IMG/VR virus record: IMGVR_UViG_3300035157_000972
Direction: 5' to 3' (one strand)
Length of the DNA: 64,000 bases
Source of the DNA: a virus
In this document: in pieces, positions 9,629-19,554 of the stretch
Layout: the number at the start of each line of letters is the position of its first letter
How positions within the stretch are numbered: the stretch's first letter is position 1
Translations under genes and position numbers: made by a program
The notes under the pieces: model-generated
Seen by the model: only the letters and a program-made list of their open reading frames with translations
What the model was told of the DNA's origin: nothing
Databases searched by the model: none

Positions 9629-10195
9629 ATGGCTCTTTGGGGAACAAGCGATTCAGACGAATCAAAACCTAAGAATTTAACAACTGCTGAGAAGAAAGAA
9701 GTATACGCTACCTCTAGTGGTTGGGTTCGTGAAGCAGGATCTGCACTATCTGGTAACGGTAATACAAATGCCGATCCAGAAGTTTTAGTTGCAGTTAGTG
9801 GACTAGCAGTTTCTCTTGGTGCTGCAGATATCACAGAGATAGAATTCATAACACAAGCATTTGACAAGTCAGATGGTGGAACTCTACAGGTAAGAGTAAG
9901 GTTCAACGAGGAAGTTGATGTAACAGGCACACCACAACTTACTGTAGTAAATGACAATAATGCTAACCATACATTGTCATATGCTTCAGGAACCGGAACA
10001 AATGAATTGGTGTTCTCACTCACAATCGCTGCAGGAAATGCTGCAACTGATGCCGGTGACGAACTATCAATTGGAACCAACGCTATGTCATTGAACGGTG
10101 GAACAGTCAAGGATAAGGGAACTAACACAGCATCCACTATCACTAACGTTGCAGCGATCGGTACAGCAGCAGGTGTAATTACTGTAGCAGCATAA
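9629..10195 (+). CDS. Probable virion structural protein (beta-rich, Ig-like/decoration type)
   Basis: Late promoter; Ala/Gly/Thr-rich; VRFNEEVDVTGTPQL..YASGTGTNELVF motif. Confidence 0.65.
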   Translation: MALWGTSDSDESKPKNLTTAEKKEVYATSSGWVREAGSALSGNGNTNADPEVLVAVSGLAVSLGAADITEIEFITQAFDKSDGGTLQVRVRFNEEVDVTGTPQLTVVNDNNANHTLSYASGTGTNELVFSLTIAAGNAATDAGDELSIGTNAMSLNGGTVKDKGTNTASTITNVAAIGTAAGVITVAA

Positions 10196-10201
10196 TATGA
10201 C

Positions 10202-10573
10202 ATGAGATTCGATGAATTGAATGATGAGAATCATCTCCTATTTGCTATTAAATTTTATGATAACCCTCAAGCAGTCACAATAGAAGACTTCGATGAGGAT
10301 CTCAAAAGATTCAAATACATAAAAAGATTATTCAAAAAGTATGTAACACAAGGTGAATTGAAGCATCATTTGATTCTGAATCACTTCATTATCTGTTTCA
10401 ATGTTTTTGGAGATGCCACAGTGCCACTACTCTTTTATAAAATAGAAAAAGAATATTGGTCACTCATCAAAACATTTTTAGTATTCCTTGATAGAATACC
10501 GGAGTTCCCCAAAACTGGTCTGGATGACTTGAAGGTAGATAAAAAATGCCTTGACATTCTCCTAAAAATCTAA
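10202..10573 (+). CDS. Conserved T4-like phage hypothetical protein
   Basis: EDFDEDLKRFKYIKRL..LILNH motif typical of ORFs upstream of gp61. Confidence 0.75.
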   Translation: MRFDELNDENHLLFAIKFYDNPQAVTIEDFDEDLKRFKYIKRLFKKYVTQGELKHHLILNHFIICFNVFGDATVPLLFYKIEKEYWSLIKTFLVFLDRIPEFPKTGLDDLKVDKKCLDILLKI

Positions 10574-10782
10574 TGAACAACGATAGGATAATCAAATTAA
10601 TAAGAGAAATGATGAGCATCGGGGGTACTGCTAGTGCCCCCGGTTTTAGTGGGAAGGCAGATCCGAAAGGACCTGTCTCCGGATTTGATCCTGCCTTAGA
10701 TCTTAGAAAGAAGTATGGTAGGAAATTGAATATGTTCTATCGTAAACGTTTACAGTCTCAACGTAAAAAGAAGAATGGATAA
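10573..10782 (+). CDS. Small basic hypothetical protein
   Basis: TAATG translational coupling. Confidence 0.65.
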   Translation: MNNDRIIKLIREMMSIGGTASAPGFSGKADPKGPVSGFDPALDLRKKYGRKLNMFYRKRLQSQRKKKNG

Positions 10783-11173
10783 TAACAGCGTCAACACTGC
10801 ACTATTGGAAAGACTGGAGAAAATTGTCGAAAGTCTACAGGAAAATAGTGTCAAAATGGGTGAACTCTTGGCAGTTCACAATGAAAAACTAGACAAACAG
10901 GACAGGATTGATGCAGTATTATTTGAGAAGATCGACTCTTTACATAGAGAAGTCAATAGACAGAGTGCAGAGATCAAAGCAGGGTGTGAAAGGGATATAT
11001 CATTGGTTGACAAACGTCTTAGAGCAATGGAAAAGAAGATGTGGTCTATATTTGGTGCTCTTACTATTGTATCTTTCGTCGTTAGTCCACTCGGACAAAG
11101 GTTCATGAGGTCATTGACATCATCACCAGTCACTGCTACACTAACAGAAGCGACGTTCAATGATACTAGATGA
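10775..11173 (+). CDS. Coiled-coil protein with C-terminal transmembrane segment
   Basis: Heptad pattern followed by WSIFGALTIVSFVV. Confidence 0.7.
   Translation: MDNNSVNTALLERLEKIVESLQENSVKMGELLAVHNEKLDKQDRIDAVLFEKIDSLHREVNRQSAEIKAGCERDISLVDKRLRAMEKKMWSIFGALTIVSFVVSPLGQRFMRSLTSSPVTATLTEATFNDTR
11114..11142 (+). promoter_or_regulatory. sigma70-type promoter for primase/nrd, embedded in the upstream ORF
   Basis: TTGACA-N17-TACACT. Confidence 0.6.
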
Positions 11174-12186
11174 TATTCTTAGACTCCAAATATATTGGAC
11201 TCATATCAGCAAGATTAGATAAGATAAAGAAAGTAAAACCTGATTTATATAATTTCAGATGTCCATATTGCGGAGACTCAAAGAAGCATAAGAATAAGAA
11301 GAGAGGATATCTATACAAAAGAAAAACTGATTTCAACTTCAAGTGTCACAACTGTGGCGTTTCCAAGTCCTTTACATACTTCCTCAAAGATCTAGATAGA
11401 CAACTCTATGATCAATATGTTTTAGACAGATATAAGGAAGGACTTACTGGGAAAGCATCCGTCACACCTGAACCAGATTTCAAAAAACTTATCAATAAAC
11501 CAGTCTTCAAGACGAAGATCAGTCTTCCCTTGGCATCTACTAATGATAGAGCAAGGGATTATCTTGTCAGAAGAAAGTTAGATCCTAACAAGTTTTACTA
11601 TGCTGAGAGATTCAAACACTATTGCAATACTCTCAAACCAACATTTGAAACAACGAAGAATGATCATTCTAGAATAATCATACCAATGTATGATAAAGAG
11701 AAGAAGTTGATTGGGTTTCAAGGCAGAGCATTAGATTCCTTTCAGCAACCTAAATATCTCACTATCATGTTGGATGAAGATGCACCAAAACTTTACGGAT
11801 TAGACACAGTAGATGAAACGAAACCCATTTATATTCTTGAAGGACCTTTCGATTCCACCTTCGTGGAAAACTCGGTTGCTATGTGTGGGTCCGATGTTGA
11901 TATTCGGTCGCTTGGTTGGAGCAATTATATTTGGGTTTTTGATAACGAACCACGTAACCGAGAAATCGTCACCAAAATCTCCAAGTGTATTGGAAGAGGT
12001 GAACAGGTAGTTATATTTCCACACACAATACCACAAAAAGATGTCAACGACATGGTGTTGGGTGGACAAAACATACAAAATGTATTAGAATCAAATACAT
12101 ATAAAAACTTACAAGCAGAACTCAAATTTACTAATTGGAAAAGGAATGAGCAACGTACGGGTCAAAAAACGAAACGGTTCTATTGA
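11170..12186 (+). CDS. gp61: T4 gp61-like DNA primase
   Basis: Zn finger CPYCGDS..CHNCG; TOPRIM EGPFDS, FDNEPRN, KDVND. Confidence 0.96.
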   Translation: MIFLDSKYIGLISARLDKIKKVKPDLYNFRCPYCGDSKKHKNKKRGYLYKRKTDFNFKCHNCGVSKSFTYFLKDLDRQLYDQYVLDRYKEGLTGKASVTPEPDFKKLINKPVFKTKISLPLASTNDRARDYLVRRKLDPNKFYYAERFKHYCNTLKPTFETTKNDHSRIIIPMYDKEKKLIGFQGRALDSFQQPKYLTIMLDEDAPKLYGLDTVDETKPIYILEGPFDSTFVENSVAMCGSDVDIRSLGWSNYIWVFDNEPRNREIVTKISKCIGRGEQVVIFPHTIPQKDVNDMVLGGQNIQNVLESNTYKNLQAELKFTNWKRNEQRTGQKTKRFY

Positions 12187-14437
12187 ACCCATGAACCTTG
12201 AGAAGATGCACGTTATGGTAGAACGTGCATGCAAGGACATAGCAGGAGTATCTGCATCACAAGTCGAGATGCAATCAGGTATACAGTTCTATGATGGCAT
12301 CACAACAGATGAAATACAGGAGATACTTATCAAGTCTGCTAGTGATCTTATAAGTTTAGATCAACCCAACTATCAGTTCGTTGCTGCAAGACTCCTATTG
12401 TTCTCTATACGTAAGAGTTTGTATGGTAAGATATTTGAAATTCCAACACTACAGGATCACATTCAAAGATGTGTTGAGAGTGGTGTGTATGACCCTGCAG
12501 TCAACGATAAGTTCTCAGCAGAGGAAATACAGGAGATTGGTAGATTCCTCGATCATGATAGGGATTTACTATTCACCTATGCAGGTCTTCGTCAGGTTGC
12601 TGACAAGTACCTTGTACAGGATAGAAGCAGTGGTCAAGTATATGAAACACCACAGTTTATGTACATGCTTATTGCAATGACCATGTTTGCAGAGTATCCT
12701 GTAGAAACTAGACTCAATTACATCAAACGTTATTACGATGCCATTTCCAGACACAAAATCAACATCCCAACACCGATCATGGGCGGTGTCAGAACACCTA
12801 TTAGGCAGTTCGCGTCTTGTGTTCTGGTTGATATTGACGACACCTTGGATAGTATTTTTACTTCTGATATGGCCGTGGGTCGTTATGTTGCACAGAGGGC
12901 AGGTATTGGTATCAACGCAGGTCGCATCAGGGGCATCAACAGTAAGATCAGGGGTGGAGAAGTTCAACACACAGGCGTTGTCCCTTTCCTCAAAAAGTTT
13001 GAAGCAACTGTCAGATGCTGCACTCAAAATGGCATCCGTGGTGGATCAGCAACTGTCCACTTCCCAATCTGGCACCAAGAAATCGAAGACATCCTCGTCC
13101 TCAAAAACAACAAAGGAACAGAAGACAACAGAGTCCGAAAGTTAGACTACAGTATACAAATTTCAAGACTATTCTATGAAAGATTTATTTCCGGCGATGA
13201 TATCAGTCTCTTTAGTCCTCATGATGTTCCTAATCTTTATGATCTCTTTGGAACCGAGGAGTTCGACGGACTCTATAGAGCGTACGAAGAGAACGACAGA
13301 ATTCCTAAGAAAAGAATTCCTGCTCAAGAATTATTCGGACAACTAATCAAGGAAAGAGCAGAGACAGGTCGTATCTATATCATGAATATAGACCACTGTA
13401 ACTCTCACTCCTCCTTCTTAGACAAGGTTGAAATGAGTAACCTATGTCAAGAGATTACTTTACCTACAAAACCGTTACAGCACATTGACGACCCCAATGG
13501 TGAGATTGCATTGTGTATCCTGTCTGCTATCAATGTAGGTAAGGTAAGATCTGATAATGAACTAGAAGAACTATGTGACCTGACTGTCCGTGCACTAGAT
13601 GAATTGATAGACTATCAGAAGTATCCAGTCATTGCTGCAGAGCAAGGAACAAAGAACCGTCGTAGTCTTGGAGTTGGGTATATAGGTCTCGCTCATTATC
13701 TCGCTAAGTTGGGATTCAACTATGACTCACAGGAAGCATGGGATGCTGTTCATTCATTATCTGAGTCATTCCAATACTTCTTGTTGAAGGCATCAAACAA
13801 TCTTGCAAAAGAGAAAGGTAAGTGTGGATATTTCGATCGTACGAAGTACTCTACTGGAACTCTTCCAATCGATACATATAAGAAGGACGTAGACGAAATT
13901 ACTAATGTAGCATACCAACATGATTGGGATTCTCTTAGGAATGACATACAGGAGTTCGGACTCAGGCACAGCACTCTGTCCGCACAAATGCCTTCGGAGA
14001 GCAGTTCCGTTGTGTCTAATGCAACAAACGGAATCGAACCACCTAGAGGGTTCTTGTCCGTTAAAAAAAGTAAGAAAGGACCCCTTAAACAGGTGGTTCC
14101 TCAATACTCGTCGTTGAAGAACAATTATACTTTACTATGGGATATGCCTAGCAATGATGGATACATCAAAGTAGTATCAGTCATGCAAAAATTCTTTGAT
14201 CAAGGTATATCTGGAAACTGGTCATACAATCCTACTAATTATGAAGACAATCAGATCCCCATGGAAATCATGGCACAGGATTTGTTGTCCACATATAAGT
14301 ACGGATGGAAGACCTCATATTATCAGAACACATTCGATAACAAATCTGATGAGGTTGAGGAGACTCCTCCACCCGTCACAGATCTTATCTCTCAAATAGA
14401 AAACGAAGACGAAACCTGTGAATCCTGTGCAATTTAG
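12146..14437 (+). CDS. nrdA: Ribonucleotide reductase class Ia alpha subunit
   Basis: ATP cone VKKRNG, QFASCVL, SNLCQEI, C-terminal CESCAI. Confidence 0.98.
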   Translation: MSNVRVKKRNGSIEPMNLEKMHVMVERACKDIAGVSASQVEMQSGIQFYDGITTDEIQEILIKSASDLISLDQPNYQFVAARLLLFSIRKSLYGKIFEIPTLQDHIQRCVESGVYDPAVNDKFSAEEIQEIGRFLDHDRDLLFTYAGLRQVADKYLVQDRSSGQVYETPQFMYMLIAMTMFAEYPVETRLNYIKRYYDAISRHKINIPTPIMGGVRTPIRQFASCVLVDIDDTLDSIFTSDMAVGRYVAQRAGIGINAGRIRGINSKIRGGEVQHTGVVPFLKKFEATVRCCTQNGIRGGSATVHFPIWHQEIEDILVLKNNKGTEDNRVRKLDYSIQISRLFYERFISGDDISLFSPHDVPNLYDLFGTEEFDGLYRAYEENDRIPKKRIPAQELFGQLIKERAETGRIYIMNIDHCNSHSSFLDKVEMSNLCQEITLPTKPLQHIDDPNGEIALCILSAINVGKVRSDNELEELCDLTVRALDELIDYQKYPVIAAEQGTKNRRSLGVGYIGLAHYLAKLGFNYDSQEAWDAVHSLSESFQYFLLKASNNLAKEKGKCGYFDRTKYSTGTLPIDTYKKDVDEITNVAYQHDWDSLRNDIQEFGLRHSTLSAQMPSESSSVVSNATNGIEPPRGFLSVKKSKKGPLKQVVPQYSSLKNNYTLLWDMPSNDGYIKVVSVMQKFFDQGISGNWSYNPTNYEDNQIPMEIMAQDLLSTYKYGWKTSYYQNTFDNKSDEVEETPPPVTDLISQIENEDETCESCAI

Positions 14438-15602
14438 AACAACCGAACCAAAGATGTCAAAACCAAGAGGTATGACAGTATTCAACCAGAACAAAGTTGA
14501 TACTAAGTCACAACCTATGTTCTTCGGTGCTCCCCTTGGAGTTCAAAGATATGACTCTTACAAGTATCCTGTGTTTGATAAACTTACTAATCAAATGCTA
14601 GGTTATTTCTGGAGACCAGAAGAAGTATCACTACAGAAAGACCGTGGTGACTATCAAACTCTTCGCCCAGAACAGAAACATATTTTCACTTCTAACTTGA
14701 AGTATCAGATCTTACTTGACTCAGTACAAGGAAGAGGTCCCGGTATGGCATTCGCTCCTTACTGTGCTCTACCTGAGTTAGAAGCAGCGATGAACGTATG
14801 GCAGTTCATGGAGATGATTCATAGTAGATCATACACATATATCATCAAGAATGTATATCCTGATCCTTCAGAAGTCTTTGATACTATACTAGATGATGAA
14901 AAAATCATTGCTCGTGCACAGTCAGTGACCAGAGCATATGATGAGTTCTTAGAGGTGGCACAGGAGTGGGGCAATGGTAATATGTGGCGACCTGATATGA
15001 AGGGAAGCACTACAGCAGAGTGGTCTGAGAAAGAACTCAAGAGAAAACTTTATCTAGCGGTGGCAAATGTCAACATACTTGAAGGTATTCGTTTCTACGT
15101 TTCTTTTGCTTGTAGTTTTGCATTCGGTGAACTCAAGGTTATGGAAGGGTCAGCAAAAATTATCTCCCTCATTGCCAGAGATGAAAATCAGCACACCGTA
15201 TTGACTCAACAAATCTTGAAGAAGTGGATGGATGGTGATGATCCTGTCATGTCACAGATCGTAGAAGAGGAAAGAGATACTGTCATAGGCATGTACAAAA
15301 ATGCTGTCAATGAAGAAAAGGAATGGGCACAATACCTATTCAAAGATGGTAGTATGATTGGACTCAATGACAAACTTCTGGTAAAATATGTTGAATGGAT
15401 TGCTAACAAAAGGATGAGAGCACTTGGTCTCCCACCTGCATATGATGTACCCATCAAAAACAATCCACTACCATGGACTGAGCACTGGATCTCATCTAAG
15501 GGATTACAGGTAGCACCACAAGAGACAGAGGTAGAATCCTATGTTGTTGGTGGTATCAAACAGGACATGAAGAAAAATGCATTCTCTGGATTCAAATTGT
15601 AA
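14418..15602 (+). CDS. nrdB: Ribonucleotide reductase class Ia beta subunit
   Basis: FWRPEEV, EMIHSRSY, LEGIRFYVSF, RDENQH, APQETE. Confidence 0.98.
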   Translation: MNPVQFRTTEPKMSKPRGMTVFNQNKVDTKSQPMFFGAPLGVQRYDSYKYPVFDKLTNQMLGYFWRPEEVSLQKDRGDYQTLRPEQKHIFTSNLKYQILLDSVQGRGPGMAFAPYCALPELEAAMNVWQFMEMIHSRSYTYIIKNVYPDPSEVFDTILDDEKIIARAQSVTRAYDEFLEVAQEWGNGNMWRPDMKGSTTAEWSEKELKRKLYLAVANVNILEGIRFYVSFACSFAFGELKVMEGSAKIISLIARDENQHTVLTQQILKKWMDGDDPVMSQIVEEERDTVIGMYKNAVNEEKEWAQYLFKDGSMIGLNDKLLVKYVEWIANKRMRALGLPPAYDVPIKNNPLPWTEHWISSKGLQVAPQETEVESYVVGGIKQDMKKNAFSGFKL

Positions 15603-16304
15603 ATGTTTTTATTTGATGTTGACGGAACTCTTACACCATCTAGAAAAAAGATAGACAAAGAGTTCTCTAAATTCTTTAGTAATTTTTGTAAAAATAATGA
15701 TGTCTACCTAGTCACAGGCAGTGACAGAGATAAGACTGTTGATCAGATGGGTAAGACATTATATAATAAATGTAAAAGAGTATACAATTGCTCTGGCAAT
15801 AGTGTTTGGGAGAAGACCAAGAACGTTCACACAAGCGAGTGGTCTTGTCCCTTTGTATTATCAACATACTTAGAACTAGAATTGAATGCTAGTAAGTTCC
15901 CATTGAGAACCGGTAAACATATTGAGACAAGACCGGGGTGTATAAATTTTAGTATTGTAGGGAGAAATGCAACCTTTCCGGAGAGAGATCAATATGTTGC
16001 ATGGGATCAGAAGATCGAGGAAAGAGATAACTTAGCACAGAATATCAGAAGATTGTTCCCTGATCTCAGTGTCACAGTTGGTGGTGAGACAGGTCTAGAT
16101 ATTGCACCAAAGGGGCATGACAAGTCTCAGATATTACAAGACTTTGAGACTCATGATACTATAACTTTCTTCGGAGACAAGACCTTCGTAGGGGGAAATG
16201 ATTATAGCATCGCTCATGCTATTATAACTAATGATCGTGGTACAGTTCATCAAGTCAGTGACTACAAGGAAACTTGGAACATTTTGAAGTCACAGTATAC
16301 ATAG
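15603..16304 (+). CDS. HAD-family (eukaryote-type) phosphomannomutase
   Basis: FDVDGTLT, VTGSD, NFSIVGRNA, FFGDKTFVGGNDY. Confidence 0.85.
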   Translation: MFLFDVDGTLTPSRKKIDKEFSKFFSNFCKNNDVYLVTGSDRDKTVDQMGKTLYNKCKRVYNCSGNSVWEKTKNVHTSEWSCPFVLSTYLELELNASKFPLRTGKHIETRPGCINFSIVGRNATFPERDQYVAWDQKIEERDNLAQNIRRLFPDLSVTVGGETGLDIAPKGHDKSQILQDFETHDTITFFGDKTFVGGNDYSIAHAIITNDRGTVHQVSDYKETWNILKSQYT

Positions 16305-16323
16305 TTATAGTGTCATAACTATA

Positions 16324-16482
16324 ATGAAACCAGATGATAAAGAGGGATTGATCCCTAAGATTAAAAACCCGTATAATCTGGGGTCAGATAATGAGTGGTA
16401 TGACTGTGACGGTCTGGACTATGAAATTGATTACTTTGAATTAGTTGACGATGAAAACACAGAGTGCAAAAGCGAAGGGTAG
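16324..16482 (+). CDS. 52-aa acidic hypothetical protein
   Basis: Hand-translated MKPDDKEGLIPKIKNPYNLGSDNEWYDCDGLDYEIDYFELVDDENTECKSEG; fills the gap. Confidence 0.5.
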   Translation: MKPDDKEGLIPKIKNPYNLGSDNEWYDCDGLDYEIDYFELVDDENTECKSEG

Positions 16483-16780
16483 GAGACTACAACAATGGGT
16501 GAGAGATATGCTCATTGAACATAGGAATGTGCACCCTGAAGATATTGAGTCCAGAAGTATGGGTGCAGGTGGGGAAGACCTGATAATGGCACGAGATGCT
16601 AGACAAAAGTTCCCTTTTAGTGTAGAATGTAAGAACCAAGAGAAACTAAATGTTTGGGATGCATATCAGCAAGCAGTTGAAAACTCTGGTGATTATGAAC
16701 CCATTCTTATCATGAAGAAAAATGGAAAGAAACCATTGGTCGTCTTGGACGCGGAAAACTTTATCAGATCCCAACGCTGA
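16451..16780 (+). CDS. Small PD-(D/E)XK nuclease, Holliday-junction-resolvase-like
   Basis: KAKGRRLQ, GEDL, SVECKN motifs. Confidence 0.75.
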   Translation: MKTQSAKAKGRRLQQWVRDMLIEHRNVHPEDIESRSMGAGGEDLIMARDARQKFPFSVECKNQEKLNVWDAYQQAVENSGDYEPILIMKKNGKKPLVVLDAENFIRSQR

Positions 16781-16781
16781 T

Positions 16782-16994
16782 ATGAGTGATTGGCGGTACT
16801 CAGATGAGAGAATGAGACTAAGGCAGGAAGTATTTCTTGCTCTTACACCATACTTAGATCAGCACTGTAGACATGTCTATGAGTTCTGTAATCTCTGGGT
16901 TGAACTAGGAAACCCATCCGATAAATCTATAGAGGATGCTTTCCAAGATTATTTACTATCTAATTTAGAAAACTCTTATGCAAAAAGTAATTAA
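16782..16994 (+). CDS. Hypothetical protein
   Basis: ATG one base after the upstream stop. Confidence 0.65.
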   Translation: MSDWRYSDERMRLRQEVFLALTPYLDQHCRHVYEFCNLWVELGNPSDKSIEDAFQDYLLSNLENSYAKSN

Positions 16995-17211
16995 TGTACT
17001 CGCTGTTACGTCTTTCGTTGTATCTGGTGCCGTTGTTGGTAGTGGTATATACGTATATTTCAACAGAGCGTCCATACTTGATGGAATTAAATCAAAAGTT
17101 ATGGACAGTGTTACGGGAAAACTTCCCGGTGCATTAGGCAGTATCGTTCCTGATATAATGCCTGATGCCACAGGACCAGTTTTACCTACCCCTCCATCTG
17201 CTCCTTTCTAA
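16978..17211 (+). CDS. Small membrane-anchored hypothetical protein
   Basis: N-terminal TM helix, Pro-rich tail. Confidence 0.7.
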   Translation: MQKVINVLAVTSFVVSGAVVGSGIYVYFNRASILDGIKSKVMDSVTGKLPGALGSIVPDIMPDATGPVLPTPPSAPF

Positions 17212-17243
17212 TATACTATATACTAAATAGATTACTATTTGGT

Positions 17244-17660
17244 ATGGAAAAGAAAGAAGTAAAACAAGATGAAACCAAGAAAAAAGGTTTCCTCGGAAAG
17301 ATAAAAGAAGGTGCTGAAGATCACGAGGATCAACTCGCGATACTCAGCACTTTTGTTCGTCTTGGTATTTTGGTTTGGTCCGGAGCGATCTTAACTTTAG
17401 CGTACGTTAAATTGCCACCATCGTTGAATATACCAGAACAGAAACTCGATCCAACCTTCATAGCTTCGGTCTTTACTGGCGTCCTAGCAACATTCGGGGC
17501 ACAGGTTGGGAGTAAAAAGAATGGTGCAAATAGCGGTGCGGGTGCTAACATAAGTAAGAAAGATATGGAATATCTTATCGAAAAAGCATCACAGACTGCT
17601 CCTGCACAAGTGGTTCGTATCGAACAAGGACCAGTCAAGATTGTCCCTGATAACAAGTAA
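17244..17660 (+). CDS. Two-TM membrane protein
   Basis: Late promoter CTAAATA 17223-17229; two hydrophobic helices. Confidence 0.75.
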   Translation: MEKKEVKQDETKKKGFLGKIKEGAEDHEDQLAILSTFVRLGILVWSGAILTLAYVKLPPSLNIPEQKLDPTFIASVFTGVLATFGAQVGSKKNGANSGAGANISKKDMEYLIEKASQTAPAQVVRIEQGPVKIVPDNK

Positions 17661-17662
17661 TT

Positions 17663-18205
17663 ATGAAAGGTAAAATTTTTGCAGGTGCACTCGGAGGAGT
17701 GGTGGGTTTGGCACACATAGGATTCATGGCATCATATCTTAGTAAAGATAAGTTGCCATCATTTGATTTACCTGTTGGTCCATATACATCGTATGTCATA
17801 GAAGCAGATAAAGAAAAGTATAAGATTAGTTACAAAGCAGATGATCCTTCTAAGTTTTATATTACCACTGACATCAAGAAGAAGTCAGGTTTCTTAGGAT
17901 TGGGTAATGATAAGACACAAATTGTGGAAGAGGTTACATCTAGTAGTATTGATAAAGGTTTACGAATGAGTGTAGGGGAAGGAGCAAGTCAATTATCTGC
18001 CGAGGAGATAGCATGTATCAAGGCAGAGGGTAGTGGTGAGAACACAGGTAGACTTGTGGGATCAAGTGTAGGTGCATCAGTAGCACCAACTGTATCTCAG
18101 ATTCCAATCATAGGTTGGGTTGCAGCAGGATGGGTCACTATGTTTGGTGGCAACAAAGGTGCTGAAGTAGGTGGCACAATGTCTAAGTCAATGAACGGGT
18201 GTTGA
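17663..18205 (+). CDS. Membrane/secreted protein with C-terminal glycine zipper
   Basis: N-terminal hydrophobic segment; GxxxG repeats GRLVGSSVGAS..FGGNKGAEVGG. Confidence 0.7.
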   Translation: MKGKIFAGALGGVVGLAHIGFMASYLSKDKLPSFDLPVGPYTSYVIEADKEKYKISYKADDPSKFYITTDIKKKSGFLGLGNDKTQIVEEVTSSSIDKGLRMSVGEGASQLSAEEIACIKAEGSGENTGRLVGSSVGASVAPTVSQIPIIGWVAAGWVTMFGGNKGAEVGGTMSKSMNGC

Positions 18206-18273
18206 GTCCATAACATTCTGGTTTTACAACGATATCGGATTATAATATAGTTTGTAGTACATAATACTCACAA

Positions 18274-18438
18274 ATGCATCACTATTCTGTGGAATACCAT
18301 GACTCTGGTAATGCCCACTTAGAGATAGGAACTTATGCAAACGATGCTTTTGAAGCAGCATCAATAGCAAGGGAGGATGTACCCTTTCTTAGAGAGCATC
18401 CTAACCATGTAGATAAAATTATTATTATGAAACAGTAA
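18274..18438 (+). CDS. 54-aa hypothetical protein
   Basis: Hand-translated MHHYSVEYHDSGNAHLEIGTYANDAFEAASIAREDVPFLREHPNHVDKIIIMKQ; TAATG coupling. Confidence 0.7.
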   Translation: MHHYSVEYHDSGNAHLEIGTYANDAFEAASIAREDVPFLREHPNHVDKIIIMKQ

Positions 18439-18734
18439 TGCCAGTATACCAAGATTACGAAGTTCGTATCAACTTGAACGAACTCATTGAGAAGAGGATA
18501 CCTTGTTGTGATCTTCTTCATCCAGACCACTGTCTCACAGAGAAGCAAGTGGCAGAGATAGCACATGACATACGAATGGATCTGAACCTCCATGATATAT
18601 TCAGACAGGTGGATCAGCACATCATGAGATATGTAAATGCAGCAGGCATTGATAATAAAGATCACTGGGTAGAACCACATCTACCCGACTTAGACAGAGG
18701 TCTTTCCGAAGAGGAAGGCATATCATTTGAATAA
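18438..18734 (+). CDS. Hypothetical protein with CCxxxHxxHC motif
   Basis: TAATG-coupled on both sides. Confidence 0.7.
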   Translation: MPVYQDYEVRINLNELIEKRIPCCDLLHPDHCLTEKQVAEIAHDIRMDLNLHDIFRQVDQHIMRYVNAAGIDNKDHWVEPHLPDLDRGLSEEEGISFE

Positions 18735-19024
18735 TGGCAACAATTACACTCAATTCACCAGAAGGTACAACAGAAACATTTGAATGCAGCGAAGATTCTT
18801 ACATCTTAGATGCACTCGAAGAAGCAGGTATTGATCACCCTTCATCTTGTAGAGCAGGTGCATGTTCATCATGTGCTATGAAGATAGTAGAGGGGACAGT
18901 CAATCAAGAAGAACAGTCATTTTTAGATGACGAACAAATGGATGATGGTTTCGTTCTCACATGTGTAGCATTACCAACATCTGATGTAACATTACTAACG
19001 GAGCAGGAAGAGAATTTAGTATAA
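18734..19024 (+). CDS. petF: Plant-type [2Fe-2S] ferredoxin
   Basis: [10 protein letters not shown]...VLTCVA. Confidence 0.96.
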   Translation: MATITLNSPEGTTETFECSEDSYILDALEEAGIDHPSSCRAGACSSCAMKIVEGTVNQEEQSFLDDEQMDDGFVLTCVALPTSDVTLLTEQEENLV

Positions 19025-19041
19025 TAAGTATAAATACTTAT

Positions 19042-19554
19042 ATGAAACAATTCAATACTTTCGTCCTTGATACAACGATTAGTATCTTGGACTACCTATA
19101 CAAAGGTAGAGACTATCAAAGATTTTGGGTGCTTGAGGTGATTGCTCGTGCACCCTATTTTTCTTTTATATCGGTGTTACATCTCCGCGAGTCACTTGGA
19201 TTACGGGATAAGGAACATATATATTTGATGAAGGAACATTTCTATCAGGCACTCAATGAAACAGAACATTTGGAAGAGATGGAAACTCGTGGAGGCAATG
19301 AGTTTTGGATCGACAGATTCTTCGCTAAACACTTGGTTCTTCTTTATTATTGGATTATGGTTGCTTACTACCTCATTGATCCAATAGATGCTTACGATAT
19401 CAATATGAAGATCGAGAAGCATGCTTACGAAACATATACTAAATACCTTGCATACCATCCTGATGATAAAAGAATCGCCGAGATTGCACAGGATGAATTA
19501 GATCATGCTAAAGAATTGCAAGAGGCGATGACCCTTATCAATGGAAGTACCTGA
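19042..19554 (+). CDS. ptoX: Plastoquinol terminal oxidase (PTOX)
   Basis: RFWVLEVIARAPYF, NETEHL, IEKHAYETY, DELDH di-iron motifs; TATAAATA 19029-19036 upstream. Confidence 0.93.
   Translation: MKQFNTFVLDTTISILDYLYKGRDYQRFWVLEVIARAPYFSFISVLHLRESLGLRDKEHIYLMKEHFYQALNETEHLEEMETRGGNEFWIDRFFAKHLVLLYYWIMVAYYLIDPIDAYDINMKIEKHAYETYTKYLAYHPDDKRIAEIAQDELDHAKELQEAMTLINGST

Noticed and set aside
9589-10203. Long antisense ORFs here and at 2028-2477, 19612-20073 and 26290-26919
   Set aside because: Shadows of well-supported sense genes, with no independent expression signals
12146-15602. Introns or inteins in nrdA/nrdB
   Set aside because: Both proteins are of normal length with no insertion motifs
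16301-16322. Inverted repeat ATAGTTAT-agtgtc-ATAACTAT
   Set aside because: Short, AT-only and single-copy; could be an operator but nothing else supports it
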